Shown: positions 52,600-64,000 of the stretch, in pieces
Position numbering within the stretch: position 1 is the first letter of the stretch
How the letters are laid out: each line of letters starts with the position of its first letter
Source of the DNA: Dicyema japonicum
Taxonomy: Eukaryota; Animalia; Dicyemida
Assembly (NCBI GenBank): GCA_011109175.1
Contig: RDEW01000013.1
Location: 289,476 to 353,475, forward strand
Length of the DNA stretch: 64,000 nt
Direction of reading: 5' to 3'
Made by a program: the position numbers and the translations under genes
Notes under the pieces: generated by a model
The model's database searches: none
What the model was told of the DNA's origin: nothing
Seen by the model: only the letters and a program-made list of their open reading frames with translations

Positions 52600-54240
52600 A
52601 ATTGAAGCACATGGATTGGATTTAGCATCTGAAATTGATGACGAATACGAAAGAAAAACGAGAAGAATCGGTGATTTATTACATTGCTTGTGGAAACTCG
52701 CATTGTAATTGGGGCTTTTTACGGAGAAGAGACATACGGTATCTCATGAAAGTGCCCCGATATAGACGACCCCAAATCTTGGCTTTCCTCTTTAGTTAAT
52801 GGCTCTTACCTTGTTTAGTTAGTTGGGGTTTTGCGAATAAATCATGTTATTTGTGGGATTTTATCCCAATGAGTATTTTCAAGAACGCAGGCCCAATTTT
52901 ATTGAGTGCCTAAAAATATTATATAATTCTTCTTGGAGTTTTGGTAATGTTCCAGCTTATTGGAAACGAACAATTGTACGCATGGTTGTGAAAAAAGGAA
53001 AGCCAAGGTCAAAAGCAGATAGTTATAGGCCAATTAGCCTAGTCTGCTCAATATCGAAAGTTATGGAAAAAATTGTTTTCAATCATCTATCAAGGCATGT
53101 TGAGGATAATAATTTTCTCTCTGATAATCAACTGGGATTTCGGCATAAAAAAGGGACTGGAGATTGCTTTAAAGAGCTAAGATCTGCAATCGAAATTTCA
53201 CGAAATAAAAAGGAATTTCTTACAATAGCATGTTTGGATATAACAAAAGCGTTTGACAGTGTTTGGCACTTTGGACTTGTTGATACGTTGTCAAAAGCAG
53301 AAATTGGGAAAACTGCGTTATTATGGATAGAAAACTTTCTTTCAAAAAGAAAGTCATATATACGTGTTGGAAATTTAATTTCAAAGAAAATTGAATTGCG
53401 AAGAGGAGTTCCACAGGGTTCAATTCTCAGCCCGCTACTCTTCAATTGCGTAATGAGAGATTTGCCGAAAACAGAGAGCGTAAATAGTCAAATGATTATT
53501 TATGCTGATGACATTCTTGTGCTTGATTCAAGCATGAATAAACAAATTTCATGGAAAAGGGTGGAATCCCATATTACTAAGATTGGAAAGTGGTGCCAAA
53601 ACAATGGGTTGACTCTATCGAGGGAAAAAACAACAGTCACTTGGATTGCAAGTAAAAGAAAAAATATTAATCAATGTGTGAATACTGGGGATATAAAAAT
53701 CTCTGAAACATTGAAGTATCTCGGATTGTTGATAGACCGAAGATGATCTTTCAAGGAACATATTAAAACACGAAAAAGAAAGCTACAGGAATGTTGAAAT
53801 CTTTAATTCGATTTCATTTGGAGCCTGAAACTTTTCTTTTTGTGTATTCGGCGTGTGTTGAACCATTCTTGATATATGGTTATCAAGGATGGTTTAGAAC
53901 AAAAGAAAGTGATGTCTTTGTCAAAAAATTGGAAAAGTCCAAAAGATTTGCGATTAAATTGGCATATGGACTGGACTTAAAATCCAATATCGAAGAGGAT
54001 TACGACCTGAAAGTCAGAAAGATAGAAAATTATTACATCACTTATGAAAATGTGATGTAATTTTTGGGGTCCAAACGAAGTAGAGACATGTGAGTGTGGT
54101 GTCTCATAAAATGACCCGGTAAGTGGAACATTTTTCCTGATATTCTAGTACCATTATATCAATATTTCTTGAACAATTATATCTGAAATCAAGAAAATGG
54201 ATTAATTCCAAAATAAATCAGAACAAAAAGGTGAGGTTTG
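52600..54240 (+). mobile_element. 5'-truncated LINE (RT and C-terminus)
   Basis: 300-aa ORF with YRPISL, QLGFR, LDITKAFD, GVPQGSILSP, YADD and KYLG. Confidence 0.88.
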
Positions 54241-54499
54241 GAACGTCAGTCTTTTGTGAATTGACTTCCTTTTGAGTGAGTTTCTTTTCCTTTAACAAAT
54301 CGAGTAGTATCTGAATCAATGGCCTGGTTTATGGACTTTGTGGTTGTTCGAGACACGAACCTCCTATCAGCCAATAATAAAAAATCAGTTAAGGAATTCA
54401 CAACCACGTCAATTAAGAAAGATTGAGGGAATCGTTTCCTAATACAACACTGCAATACATGCATAGAGCTTTATCGTAATCATTGCTATTTGTAGAAGC

Positions 54500-55230
54500 A
54501 CATTTGGTAAATCCAAATTATGTATTTAACCCCAATACCACCAGGAAAGATAGGTCAAAACTAACTAATTAGGTGATCCCAGCCTCCAACAACATCCGAA
54601 CTCTCTTCATTTGGTCTTCTGATGATCCAACCGCGTCTTCTCTTCATTCTGCAAAGGAATTCAAGCGGCGTGCACTTTTTTTATTTCTGACCGAAATTCC
54701 TCTGCATGGGCCACTTTTTTCAGTTCCTTGCAGAAACGCAAGAAACCCTGACCATTTTTCAATTTGGATCCTCTTCTCACATTCACTCATTAGGTAGTTA
54801 TTGCGAGGATTCAAAAGAAAATTGGAATTTTCATGGCTTTACGAACTCCCAGTATCTTCCCGCCCATCGTGAGAGCTTCTATACATACAATTTGTTCTAT
54901 CAAGTACGCCTGTGCTGCATGGATTGCTCCGTTATCATTATCATTACAGAGCGAACTGGAAGTTTTACAAAACTGATGTCCCAGAATATTATCGAGATAG
55001 TCGAAAAGGACGCCCACATCATTGGTAAAAACGAAAATTAAACGTCCCCTAATCATGGAATACCTCACGAGGAACTCCACCGGGACTTCCTCAAGATAGC
55101 AAAGTCCCCTGAACATCCCCTCGGGTCGGACATCAAACTATATATATGGACACCTTCCCGAGATACGAGAAGAAATCTTCCCCGTTGTGGAGATTAATCC
55201 AGGACTCCAAAACTAATCGCAGGAAAAGGA
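54500..55230. mobile_element. Adjacent LINE 3' fragments on opposite strands
   Basis: 54500-54780 (minus) carries the GGGATCACC ORF-end motif. 54790-55200 (plus) is homologous to 63420-63800. Confidence 0.65.
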
Positions 55231-55234
55231 CTGA

Positions 55235-55540
55235 TAAACGGAATCACTAAATTAGACGATAATTCTTGTCCTTTTTTTCGTGATTATTATTAAAAGCACT
55301 TCCGAGAAAACATAAATTAGCTAAGTTTCTTTTGTGTCATATTCCTAATCATCTTCTCCGTTAACCTCGACCATGATCTGTTGCGCGCTAGTTCCGCCGA
55401 AGTTAGTCTCATACCAACCGCCGATAGGTCTTCGTTCAAAATAGTCGGAATTGTCGTTCTTGGCCTTCCGCGGAATACGGCTTCTGTGCGTGCGAAGTAG
55501 TTGTCCATTGCGACATTTGTGGCCAAAGAGACTCCATCTT
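55235..55540 (-). mobile_element. RTE 3' fragment
   Basis: NVAMDNYF...FRGRPRTTIP and a reverse-complement AAGTGCTTTTAATAATAA terminus. Confidence 0.85.
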
Positions 55541-55578
55541 GATTTGAAAATATCAAAATATTTTCGTGATTCGGAAAA

Positions 55579-56000
55579 TTAATAAATTAAAAAAATTAAA
55601 TTCAGAGCCAGTCTAATGGATAATCCGACTCCCAGCGAAAAAGTTAGTTGACCCCTTGATCTGAGAGGTAATTTTCTAAATGATACTGCATTATGAGACG
55701 CGTGAAATATGGCGTGAAAAATCTCGTAACACAAATTATTTAAAATAATATTTCTAATATTAGATTTCTCATGCTCCAAATAGCTCTGCACGTTCTTCGA
55801 ATTGCTCTAATTCCAATAAACTCTTCATAGGATTTCTGGTAAGTTGATTTAGTGAATTCTGAAAGATGTACTATTCACAAACAGATTGGCATGGCCGGGA
55901 TACATAATCAATAATTCCTGATGTAAATATTGGAAATGATTGATTATTTAATAATGAGTTCACATCAAACCCAAATTAGGCAATTAAAGATCTAGATTTT
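55579..56000 (-). CDS. Putative unknown gene head-to-head with CapZ-alpha
   Basis: The open frame KSYEEFIGIRAIRKNVQSYLEHEKSNIRNII... crosses the left boundary of the duplicated block. The frame is restored using the extra T present in the right-hand copy. No recognised domain. Confidence 0.4.
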
Positions 56001-56303
56001 GCATATATTTTGTTAATTTTGATAAAGTAAATATAAACCTAATATTTAATTTAATTATTAATTTAAAATAAAATAAATAAAATATAACCAAGTTTAACAT
56101 TCCGAGGGAACTCGTTCGCAATCCACGCCGCAGGCTTCCTCAACTGACATTTGTTTAATTGTTAGAAAAATTTTTTGTATAAAAAAAAACATTCCAATTA
56201 TTTTCCCTTTATGGCGAACTCTGACTTGCATGAAAACCAAATAAAAGTAATGAGTCGCATTATTTGTGTATTATTTGAGTAAAGTCAGCACAATTTACTG
56301 TTT
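55760..56303. repeat. Left copy of the ~450-bp direct duplication (contains an 84-bp CRE insert)
   Basis: Nearly identical to 61667-62119 apart from 56104-56195. Confidence 0.95.
56104..56187 (+). mobile_element. 84-bp 5'-truncated CRE copy with 6-8-bp TSD
   Basis: Matches 51502-51590. AACATTCC lies at 56096-56103 and 56188-56195, and the insert is absent from the right-hand duplicate. Confidence 0.85.
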
Positions 56304-59300
56304 ACTGATATTCTATATGCTGCACAGTGTGCTTATGTGGCTTTAACTGCGAAGGTTAAACCGCAAAGTACGTGTTGGAGAAAACTGAAAAGAAAATCTC
56401 AAAGCTGATGCAGAACTAGAACTTGTCAATCGCTTTTCCAGACAAGCTCTCCCTGTGTATGAAAAAACAAAAGGTTATGGATGTTCTTTGTGCCTATGGA
56501 TACAAATGGGCCAAAATGGGGAGGTTGCCATGATTGAGGCTCTACTATGTGACCTTGTAAGAATTAAGAAGCAAATAGCTGTACATCATTCAGGAAGGAC
56601 TTTCGCAAGGACAACTGTTGTTTTGAATTAAATCGACGAAGATTTTATCGGAACCTATCAGCAAGCAATGAAGTAACGTTATATGGTTTCGATGATGAGG
56701 ATTGTATGTCGTTTTGGGAAAAAGTGTGGTCTAAAAGAAAAGAGATGCACGTGCCATATGACAGTGTGGGTAAAGTAAATACTGGTATTGAAGACATGTT
56801 GCCAGAGTTCACAAATGAGTTTATCCTGGATGTTATTAAATGGCTTCCCGATTGGAAGGCTTGTGGATGCGATGGCTCATATAACTTTTTTATTAAGAAA
56901 ATGGAATCTTTACATGGCTTTTTATGTACTGAAATTAACCGAATTATTAATGGGGAATATATGCCTGAAAGTTGGTTTTATACTGGAATAACCTATTTAA
57001 TTCCTAAAAAGGAGAAACACCCCGGGAACACTACTGGCCAATTTCTGTCAAGCGAATGATCTTTTCATAGGAAACACTGCCTTTATGCACCCAGCTCGCC
57101 ACAGGAGCACATGGACTGGCCATAGAACGAACTCGGAAAACAAAAGTGTCAATATTTATAATCAAATTGATTACATCATTTGTCGGACCAAGGAAAAACA
57201 CCTACTGAATGATGCCCGTTCTTATGGAGGGTCGATGATAAATAGTGACCATAAAATGGTTATTGGCAAGTTCTCCTTGAAGAAATACTACATTGGCAGG
57301 AAGAACCTGAGTCTAAGCAAAACGCTACCACCTTACCATACCCATGTATATATGACTGAGAAGCTCTGGTCTCAGCCGCTGCTGGTGACAAACTACCAAA
57401 AACATATAGAGAACCACCTATATACATTACCAGCTAATATGACTATACAAGACCTATGGGATCAGACCAAAAGCATTATTTGCCTTGCCGCAAACACCCA
57501 CCTTGGAGTGAGACGGCAGACAACCGGAAATATGTCACTTGGCCATCCAGACTCCTTATTACTGGCAAAACAACAACGAGAAATATGGATACAGAGTCTA
57601 AACACGACGGATATACATATCAAAAACAAACTACGAACTGAACGAAATATTATCAAGAGAAGAATCATGAAGCTTAATAATGAACACTCGAAGGATGTCT
57701 TCCTATCACATCTTAGAGAGCTGGAGCAACTAAAGGACAATGCACAAATGTTCGCTGCAGTCCGACTAATGCGAGGAAAGAAAAAAGCGACAGTACATGT
57801 TATGGATGGGAAGGGGAAACTTATCTTAAAACCAGACGAACAGATCGAATTGATTGCTGCCCATTTTGAAAAACTGTTCAATGCGAACGGCCAAGAACTG
57901 GCCCCTTTCATCGGAGAACCGCGGATGCTGGAAACAATTATCACATCTAAGGAAGTTCAGAGTGCGTGCAGTAAGCTAAAGAATCACAGGAGCGCTGGAC
58001 CAGACAACATCCCTCCCGAACTGCTGAAATATGGACCTATGCGTCTATTCGAAACCATTGCGACATTGTTAAATGGAATGTTTACATCCAACTCTGTCCT
58101 ACCACTGGGGAAAGGGACATTGATACCTATACAAAAGCCTAACAAACCAAAGGGACCACTAGAAAGCCTACGCCCAGTCATATTGTTAAACACATTACGA
58201 AAAGTTCTTGCATCTGTTGCTTTGGACCGCTTAAAACATCCTGCAGGAAATTACCTATCAGCATGCCATAGTGGATTTCGTGAAGGAAGGTCGACAGCGG
58301 ACATTCTGTGGAGCCACAGGTGGCGGTGTGCAACGGCTCAAAGATACAAAAATGCCACGACCATCCTGGGGATCGATATGTCAAGAGCTTTCGACACCAT
58401 TAGCCGACACAAGCTAATGGTTGTCCTTCATCAATTTGTGGACCAATCATTGCTACGGATAATCAGAGTACTTCTCTCAAGTACTGAACTGTCAGTCCGA
58501 ATTGGGAGAACTCTATCCCGACCATTCAAAACTACAATCGGCACTCCTCAGGGAGACTCCCTCTCCCCCTTACTATTTGTGATATATCTCGAAGCTGCAC
58601 TAAAGGATCTAAGAACTTGCTATGAAGGAAAAATAAACGAAGTCGTATACGCGGATGATGTGGATTTTATATCCGAGGATACAGAAGCTCTCACACATCT
58701 GCTGGAAAATGCACCGGACAAACTGGGGGAATGGTTCCTCATCGTTAACCGGGCCAAAACGGAAATCACGGAAATCAAAAGAATGGACAACATCCTTAAT
58801 GAACGTTGGCGACATGTTAATAAGCTTGGATCCCTACTGGGGGACACAGAAGACATCATCAAAAGGAAAACACTTGCAGGAGTAGCAATGCGAAAACTCA
58901 AAAAGGGATGGCTGAAAGGACTAGATGTCAATCTGCGGATACGCATGTACAATGCATTTGTGAAACCGATACTGACATACAATGCTGGTACTTGGGCCTG
59001 TACAGGTGCGGAATCAATGGCTCTCGATGGGTTCCACAGAAAACAGCTTAGAGTATTATTTGGCATGCAGTGGCCAGCCAGAATCTCGAATACCGGTATT
59101 TACAAAAAATGCAAGAGTAGGCCTCTAAGCCTGGAAATCACTGACGCCCGGTGGAGACTGTTTGGTCACGTACTACGCATGGATCTTGCTGCCCCGGCTA
59201 ATGTGGCGATGGAGGACCATTTCATGTTCGAGGGCAAATGCTTCCGTGGCAGACCAAGGATGACCCTACCTATCATGCTGCACAAAGACCTCCAAAGGAT

Positions 59301-61666
59301 GAAGAAATGCCTAAAGACGGGAGACGATCTGGACATGCTGAGATCGACTGCGTGTAACCGTGGAGGATGGAAGAGGCTAACTAATAACATTGTTTCTTGT
59401 ATTGCACATGCTTTGCTATAACTATTATGGCAAGGCGATAAGTGCTGTAATAATAAGGATGATTGTGAGACTCCTAAAGACTTACGTCCTATAACGTGTA
59501 TGCCAACTTTATATAAACTTATTACCAAATGTATTAATTCCAAACTCTCAGATTTTGTGGATTCGTTTGGGCTATTATCTGACAATCAGCTGGGAACGAG
59601 GAAACATTGTCAGGGCGCTAAGGAACAGGCCCTTATTAATCAATGCTTAAATAATGAGTATGGAAACGCCCTTTATTCTGCTTGGGTGGATGTGAAAAAG
59701 GCCTTTGATTCTGTTAACCATGAATTTTTATTTCATGTTTTGGATTGTTCAGGAATACCCCGTTTGATTGTTAACTTTGTAAAGACCATAAGTCAAGAAG
59801 TGGACTGTAAATCTCCACTTAGATGGAAGAAGAATTGGTTCTGTAAAACTGGGACGTGGAATTCTGCAAGGAGATTCATTATCCCCTCAACTATTTGTTA
59901 TGGTAATGGAACCCTTGAGCAGGACCCTTAACTTTATGTTCCCAAGACTCCAAATTAATCAGGAGGATCCTAATACACTGACTTATTCTACAAATCATTT
60001 GTTATTCATTGATGACCTAAAGATATTTGGGCTAAAAGAAGATACTGTTATTAGAATGATGAAAGTTGTTCGCGATTTCTTTCATGTTGCCGGCTTGGAG
60101 ATGAATTCGGAAAAGTCACTTAATGTTAAATCGTTATCATGTTGTGAGACTCTGGAAGGAGTCAGTGGATATCGATATTTGGGTGTTTTTGAAGACGAGG
60201 GAAGTAATGTTCTTAAAGACAAGGTTATGGAGTCCATACTTGAAAATGTTAAGAAGAATAACCATGCTTTCGAAAACTAAGTTAAATTCTGCGAACTTGT
60301 GCAATAAATGAATAGGCAATGTCCCTAACTATTATATTGGATTAATTAATATTGAACCTAACAATACGGCAACTGCTTACGTCACTCAAGTTGCACCTCA
60401 AACCTGCAAATAAAGAGAGGCTGTATTTGGACAGGAAGACTTTTGGAAGAGGACTTACCTCGATTTCATTAAAGAGCGAATTAATTCTTTTCCAGTTCCT
60501 TAAAAGTTTGGAAAAGCAGTCGACTGTGTGTTTGCGAAGGTCGGGGATTCTGCGAGCAATAAAAACAAAAAAATGGCACTTGGCTACAATCGCAGGATTT
60601 CTTGCCTCTAAATATGCAATTGCCGACAGGGAAAGCATGGATATTAAGTCCCTCAAGGACACTCAGAAAAAATATTTATTAAATAAAATTTATTGCAGAA
60701 CACTACACTCCATTATGTTCAAATGTATTGATGAAACAAATGTCGACCTATATACTTCCTCAGAATGGTTATCCAAATAAAGTAACGGCCCACGGAGCGA
60801 AGCATTGTACTGTTTTTTGCAAGATAGGAATTTGTTTTTTGCACACACGGGGTCATTATGCAACCATTGTAAAAAAAGCAAGAAAACTGTTGATCATTTG
60901 GCCACTCAGTGTGGTAAAATGCTAAATAGTGATTATCTCCGAAGACATAATGAAGTGGTAAAGTGCATCCATCTTCATCTTTGTCGAATTTATGGAATCA
61001 AAAGAAGCAGGAAATTGAAAGGACATTCGGTTCAGTCAATATTGACGAATCAAAATGTCGAAATTAGAGTTGACACGTCGATTTTGACAGAAACAAAAGT
61101 CCAATACAATAAACCTGATATTTTCGTGTATGACAAAACAAAGAAGGAAGTAACTTTAATTAAAGTGGGAATTACCTCACAAGACCGACTAAAGCAAGTT
61201 GAAGTTGAGAAACTTCACAAATATGACTTGCTTGCAAATGAACTTTGGCTGCTCTATGAATGCCAAGTGAAGATTATTCCAGTGGTTTTGACATGGGATG
61301 GAGTTGTCTCAAGATGCTTCAAAAATCAGATGGATAAATTGTCTATAGAAGAATCAACGAGGACTTACATCCAATCGGTTGTGCTGAAGAGAACGCTCGA
61401 AAGTATGCTCATTGAACATAAGCATGGGATGAAGGTATACGATGAAGAGTACGCCTCTGCTACCTCCCAACTTGTGGAACTGGCATGCTGTGAAGACAGC
61501 CCACTGGACTCTAACGGAGATATTTTGACTGAATCTGATTTGGAGATGCGGAGTAACAGGGAGGTTATGGCACACTCTTCTTCTAAGAGAAGAGGGATTA
61601 CCAACAATCTGGATCAAAATACGCTTAATTAGTTAATTTACTCGTTATTATTATTTTATGAATAAT
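56304..61666 (+). mobile_element. 5'-truncated R4/Dong-like RLE non-LTR retrotransposon interrupted by an RTE
   Basis: RT (TYLIPKK|DDCETPKDLRPITCMP, NQLG, DVKKAFDSV, LLFIDD), CCHC (CNHC...HLATQC), RHN and KPDIFVYD endonuclease motifs, and a (TTA)n tail. Confidence 0.9.
57014..59454 (+). mobile_element. 5'-truncated RTE LINE with long intact ORF, nested in the R4-like element
   Basis: 778-aa ORF starting inside the APE domain, with GTPQGDSLSP and YADD and an AGTGCTGTAATAAT end. AAGGA is duplicated at 57009-57013 and 59455-59459. Confidence 0.95.
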
Positions 61667-62119
61667 TTAGATTTCTCATGCTCCAAATAGCTCTGCACGT
61701 TCTTTCGAATTGCTCTAATTCCAATAAACTCTTCATAGGATTTCTGGTAAGTTGACATAGTGAATTCTGAAAGATGTACTATTCACAAACAGATTGGCAT
61801 GGCCGGGGATACATAATCAATAATTCCTGATGTAAATATTGGAAATGATTGATTATTTAATAATGAGTTCACATCAAACCCAAATTAGGCAATTAAAGAT
61901 CTAGATTTTGCATATATTTTGTTAATTTTGATAAAGTAAATATAAACCTAATATTTAATTTAATTATTAATTTAAAATAAAATAAATAAAATATAACCAA
62001 GTTTAACATTCCAATTTTTTCCCTTTATGGCGAACTCTGACTTGCATGAAAACCAAATAAAAGTAATGAGTCGCATTATTTGTGTATTATTTGAGTAAAG
62101 TCAGCACAATTTACTGTTT
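61667..62119. repeat. Right copy of the ~450-bp direct duplication (promoter region plus CapZ-alpha exon 1)
   Basis: Matches 55760-56303. Confidence 0.95.
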
Positions 62120-63080
62120 GCATGCGATAAAACCACAAATTTCCTTTTAAGCTGATTTTTAGCCCATAATTGACAACATCGTTTCTTCTTGCCCTCCAGG
62201 ACAGATCCTTCACATTCTCAATGGTACCCTTCCCCTGATTTAAATCTCCTAGATCTAGAGGTTCTCTCTGATATATCACAGAGCAGACAGTTTTTCCCAG
62301 AGTTTTCAATTAAGTTTAAATTTTCAGGACATTGCAAAAATTTCACCAAGACAGCTTTTCCACGTGCACTGTGGACGACCAGAGTGTTCTTATGACAAGC
62401 TATAATGTGGCTGATCTTGACAAGAGCATCTATTTTGATCCAGTCAGGGATATTTCTTTCAAGTTGGCTTGTAATCTCATTTGTAGAGTCGATCCCTTGA
62501 CTTTAACAGTTGACAATGTCAATAGCTACAACTGTGACTGCTCGGAGTTGGCTAAATCCTTCCAAACTGAAGTTGCTGAGTACGTGAACTGCCACTATGA
62601 AGAGGGATCTTCTTTAGTCGTCGGACATGAGAACCAAGTCGACATTTGCATCTCGTCCTCTCACCACAACTCTAAAAACTTTTGGTTGCTTGTTTCCTAA
62701 TTTAAGGAGCGGAATGCTAAAGTCTCATTGGTTCCTTTCCCTCGAAGATGGATGTAAATTGGAGGGAAAGATAAACGGAAGGACCCATTATATGGAGGAC
62801 GGTAATGTGCAGTTGTACTGTGATCGAGAGTTCTCATATTCGTTCGAAAAAGTAGTTAATGGTTAAATCTTAGGGTGATGATTTGGTGTATGTGGTCATA
62901 AATTACATAAAACGGGCGGAAAATGAATTTCAGAAACAACTGAACGACAACTTTGGAGAAATGGCCTCCGAATGCTTCAAGTCGTTGAGGAGAGCCCTGC
63001 CGATTACAAAATGCAAGATTGATTGGGACAAGATTTCTAGTTACACCATTGGATCATCCCTTAAAGGAGAATCTATTTAA
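62027..63080 (+). CDS. CAPZA: F-actin-capping protein subunit alpha, 7 exons
   Basis: MANSDLHENQIK|PIIDNIVSSCPPGQ...KNFW|SG...HYMEDGNVQL...AENEFQ...FKSLRRALPITKCKIDWDKI. Intron 1 is 62063-62162 (100 nt); the others are 29, 26, 24, 22 and 22 nt. Confidence 0.95.
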
Positions 63081-63179
63081 TATTAACTGATTTGGGGTTT
63101 TCTTTCAAATTTATTTTTGTGATTTATTTTAATCAATTATGACTGATTCGTAAATACCAACGCTATTTGTTATTTTGTC

Positions 63180-63800
63180 ACTGTCTGCTCTTCAACATGT
63201 TCCTAAGTGACCTCCCATCTCCAACCACCAAAAACACAATTCTTTCATCGTATGCGGATGATCTCGTGGTCGCAGTGAACATCGAACAGACGACACTCCG
63301 ACAGGATCTATTAAACCTGATGGGTCTTTGGTAATTGTATGACTCCCCGCTTCCCATTATGGAGACCCTTTCAATCCTTGGAGTCATTCTGGATCCTCTC
63401 CCCACATTTACTCATCAAGTTTACCTAGTAACCGCGAGGATCCAAAAGAAAATTGGAATTCTCAAGGCTTTCACTCACTCTCCAATATCTTCCCGCATCG
63501 TTAGAACTTTTATACAAACAATTTGTTCCACCGAGTATCAAATACGCCTGTGCTACATGGGTTGCCCCCTTATCAGTATCGACACAGAGCAAGCTAGAAG
63601 TTTTACAAAACCGATGTCTCAGAATCGTCAAAAAGACGTACTATTCGTTACTACGAAGAACATTAAACGTCCCCCCAGTCATGGAATACCTTAAGGAACG
63701 TCACCGGGAATTCCTCAAGGTAGCAAAGTCTCCTGACCATCCTCTCGGGCCAGACATCAAACTATATATGTACGCTTGCCCGAGATATGAGAAGTAATAA
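63180..63800 (+). mobile_element. 5'-truncated LINE RT C-terminal fragment
   Basis: YADD, LGVILDP and IKYACATW...KLEVLQNRCLR. Confidence 0.82.
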
Positions 63801-64000
63801 ATATTGTCACGGTCCAATGGTGTGTCTCAACTGCACCCAAATTTACTAGTGGCCTCACCAATCCTATAGTCTGTAGATGGCATGAGAAATCACATATTTT
63901 TACAGTAGTACCTGTGGAATATTAATAAAAATGATACATCTGTTAGTTGATACGTTTCTTATACAATAAAAGTGATTTAATAAAAAACTGCTTTTTACAG

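Noticed and set aside
56104-56187. Candidate novel ~90-nt SINE (also at ~51502)
   Set aside because: It translates as RGNSFAIHAAGFLN*, the CRE C-terminus, so it is a 5'-truncated CRE copy.
55760-62119. LTR retrotransposon interpretation of the direct repeats
   Set aside because: The repeats contain host exon and intron sequence and lack TG...CA ends. The internal element is a 5'-truncated non-LTR RT-RLE with no integrase or protease.
1-64000. CRISPR arrays, tRNA/rRNA genes and prokaryotic operons; many short ORFs in the track
   Set aside because: No regularly spaced repeats or RNA-gene signatures were seen. Most short ORFs are antisense or off-frame shadows of TEs and spliced genes.

Overview
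AT-rich eukaryotic (animal) genomic DNA. It carries Frizzled, anoctamin, syntaxin-1, Vps34, MRPL18, COPZ and CapZ-alpha genes, and almost all of their introns are 20-29 nt GT-AG. This points to a highly reduced parasitic metazoan such as a myxozoan or dicyemid (inference). The compact genes sit among dense, nested transposons: RTE LINEs, at least three other APE-type LINE families, CRE-like and R4/Dong-like restriction-endonuclease (RLE) retrotransposons, a Tigger/pogo element and hAT elements. Most notable: (1) an R4-like RLE element flanked by a ~450-bp direct duplication of its target, a head-to-head promoter region plus CapZ-alpha exon 1, so that both neighbouring genes keep a copy; (2) a LINE containing an intron-bearing fragment of the adjacent anoctamin gene; (3) an apparent excess of 3n-length tiny introns; (4) dispersed CRE elements with GT-rich leaders. 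Many 1-nt frameshifts in conserved genes, several in homopolymers, suggest uncorrected long-read errors, so pseudogene calls are uncertain. All exon structures were derived by hand and no database searches were run.
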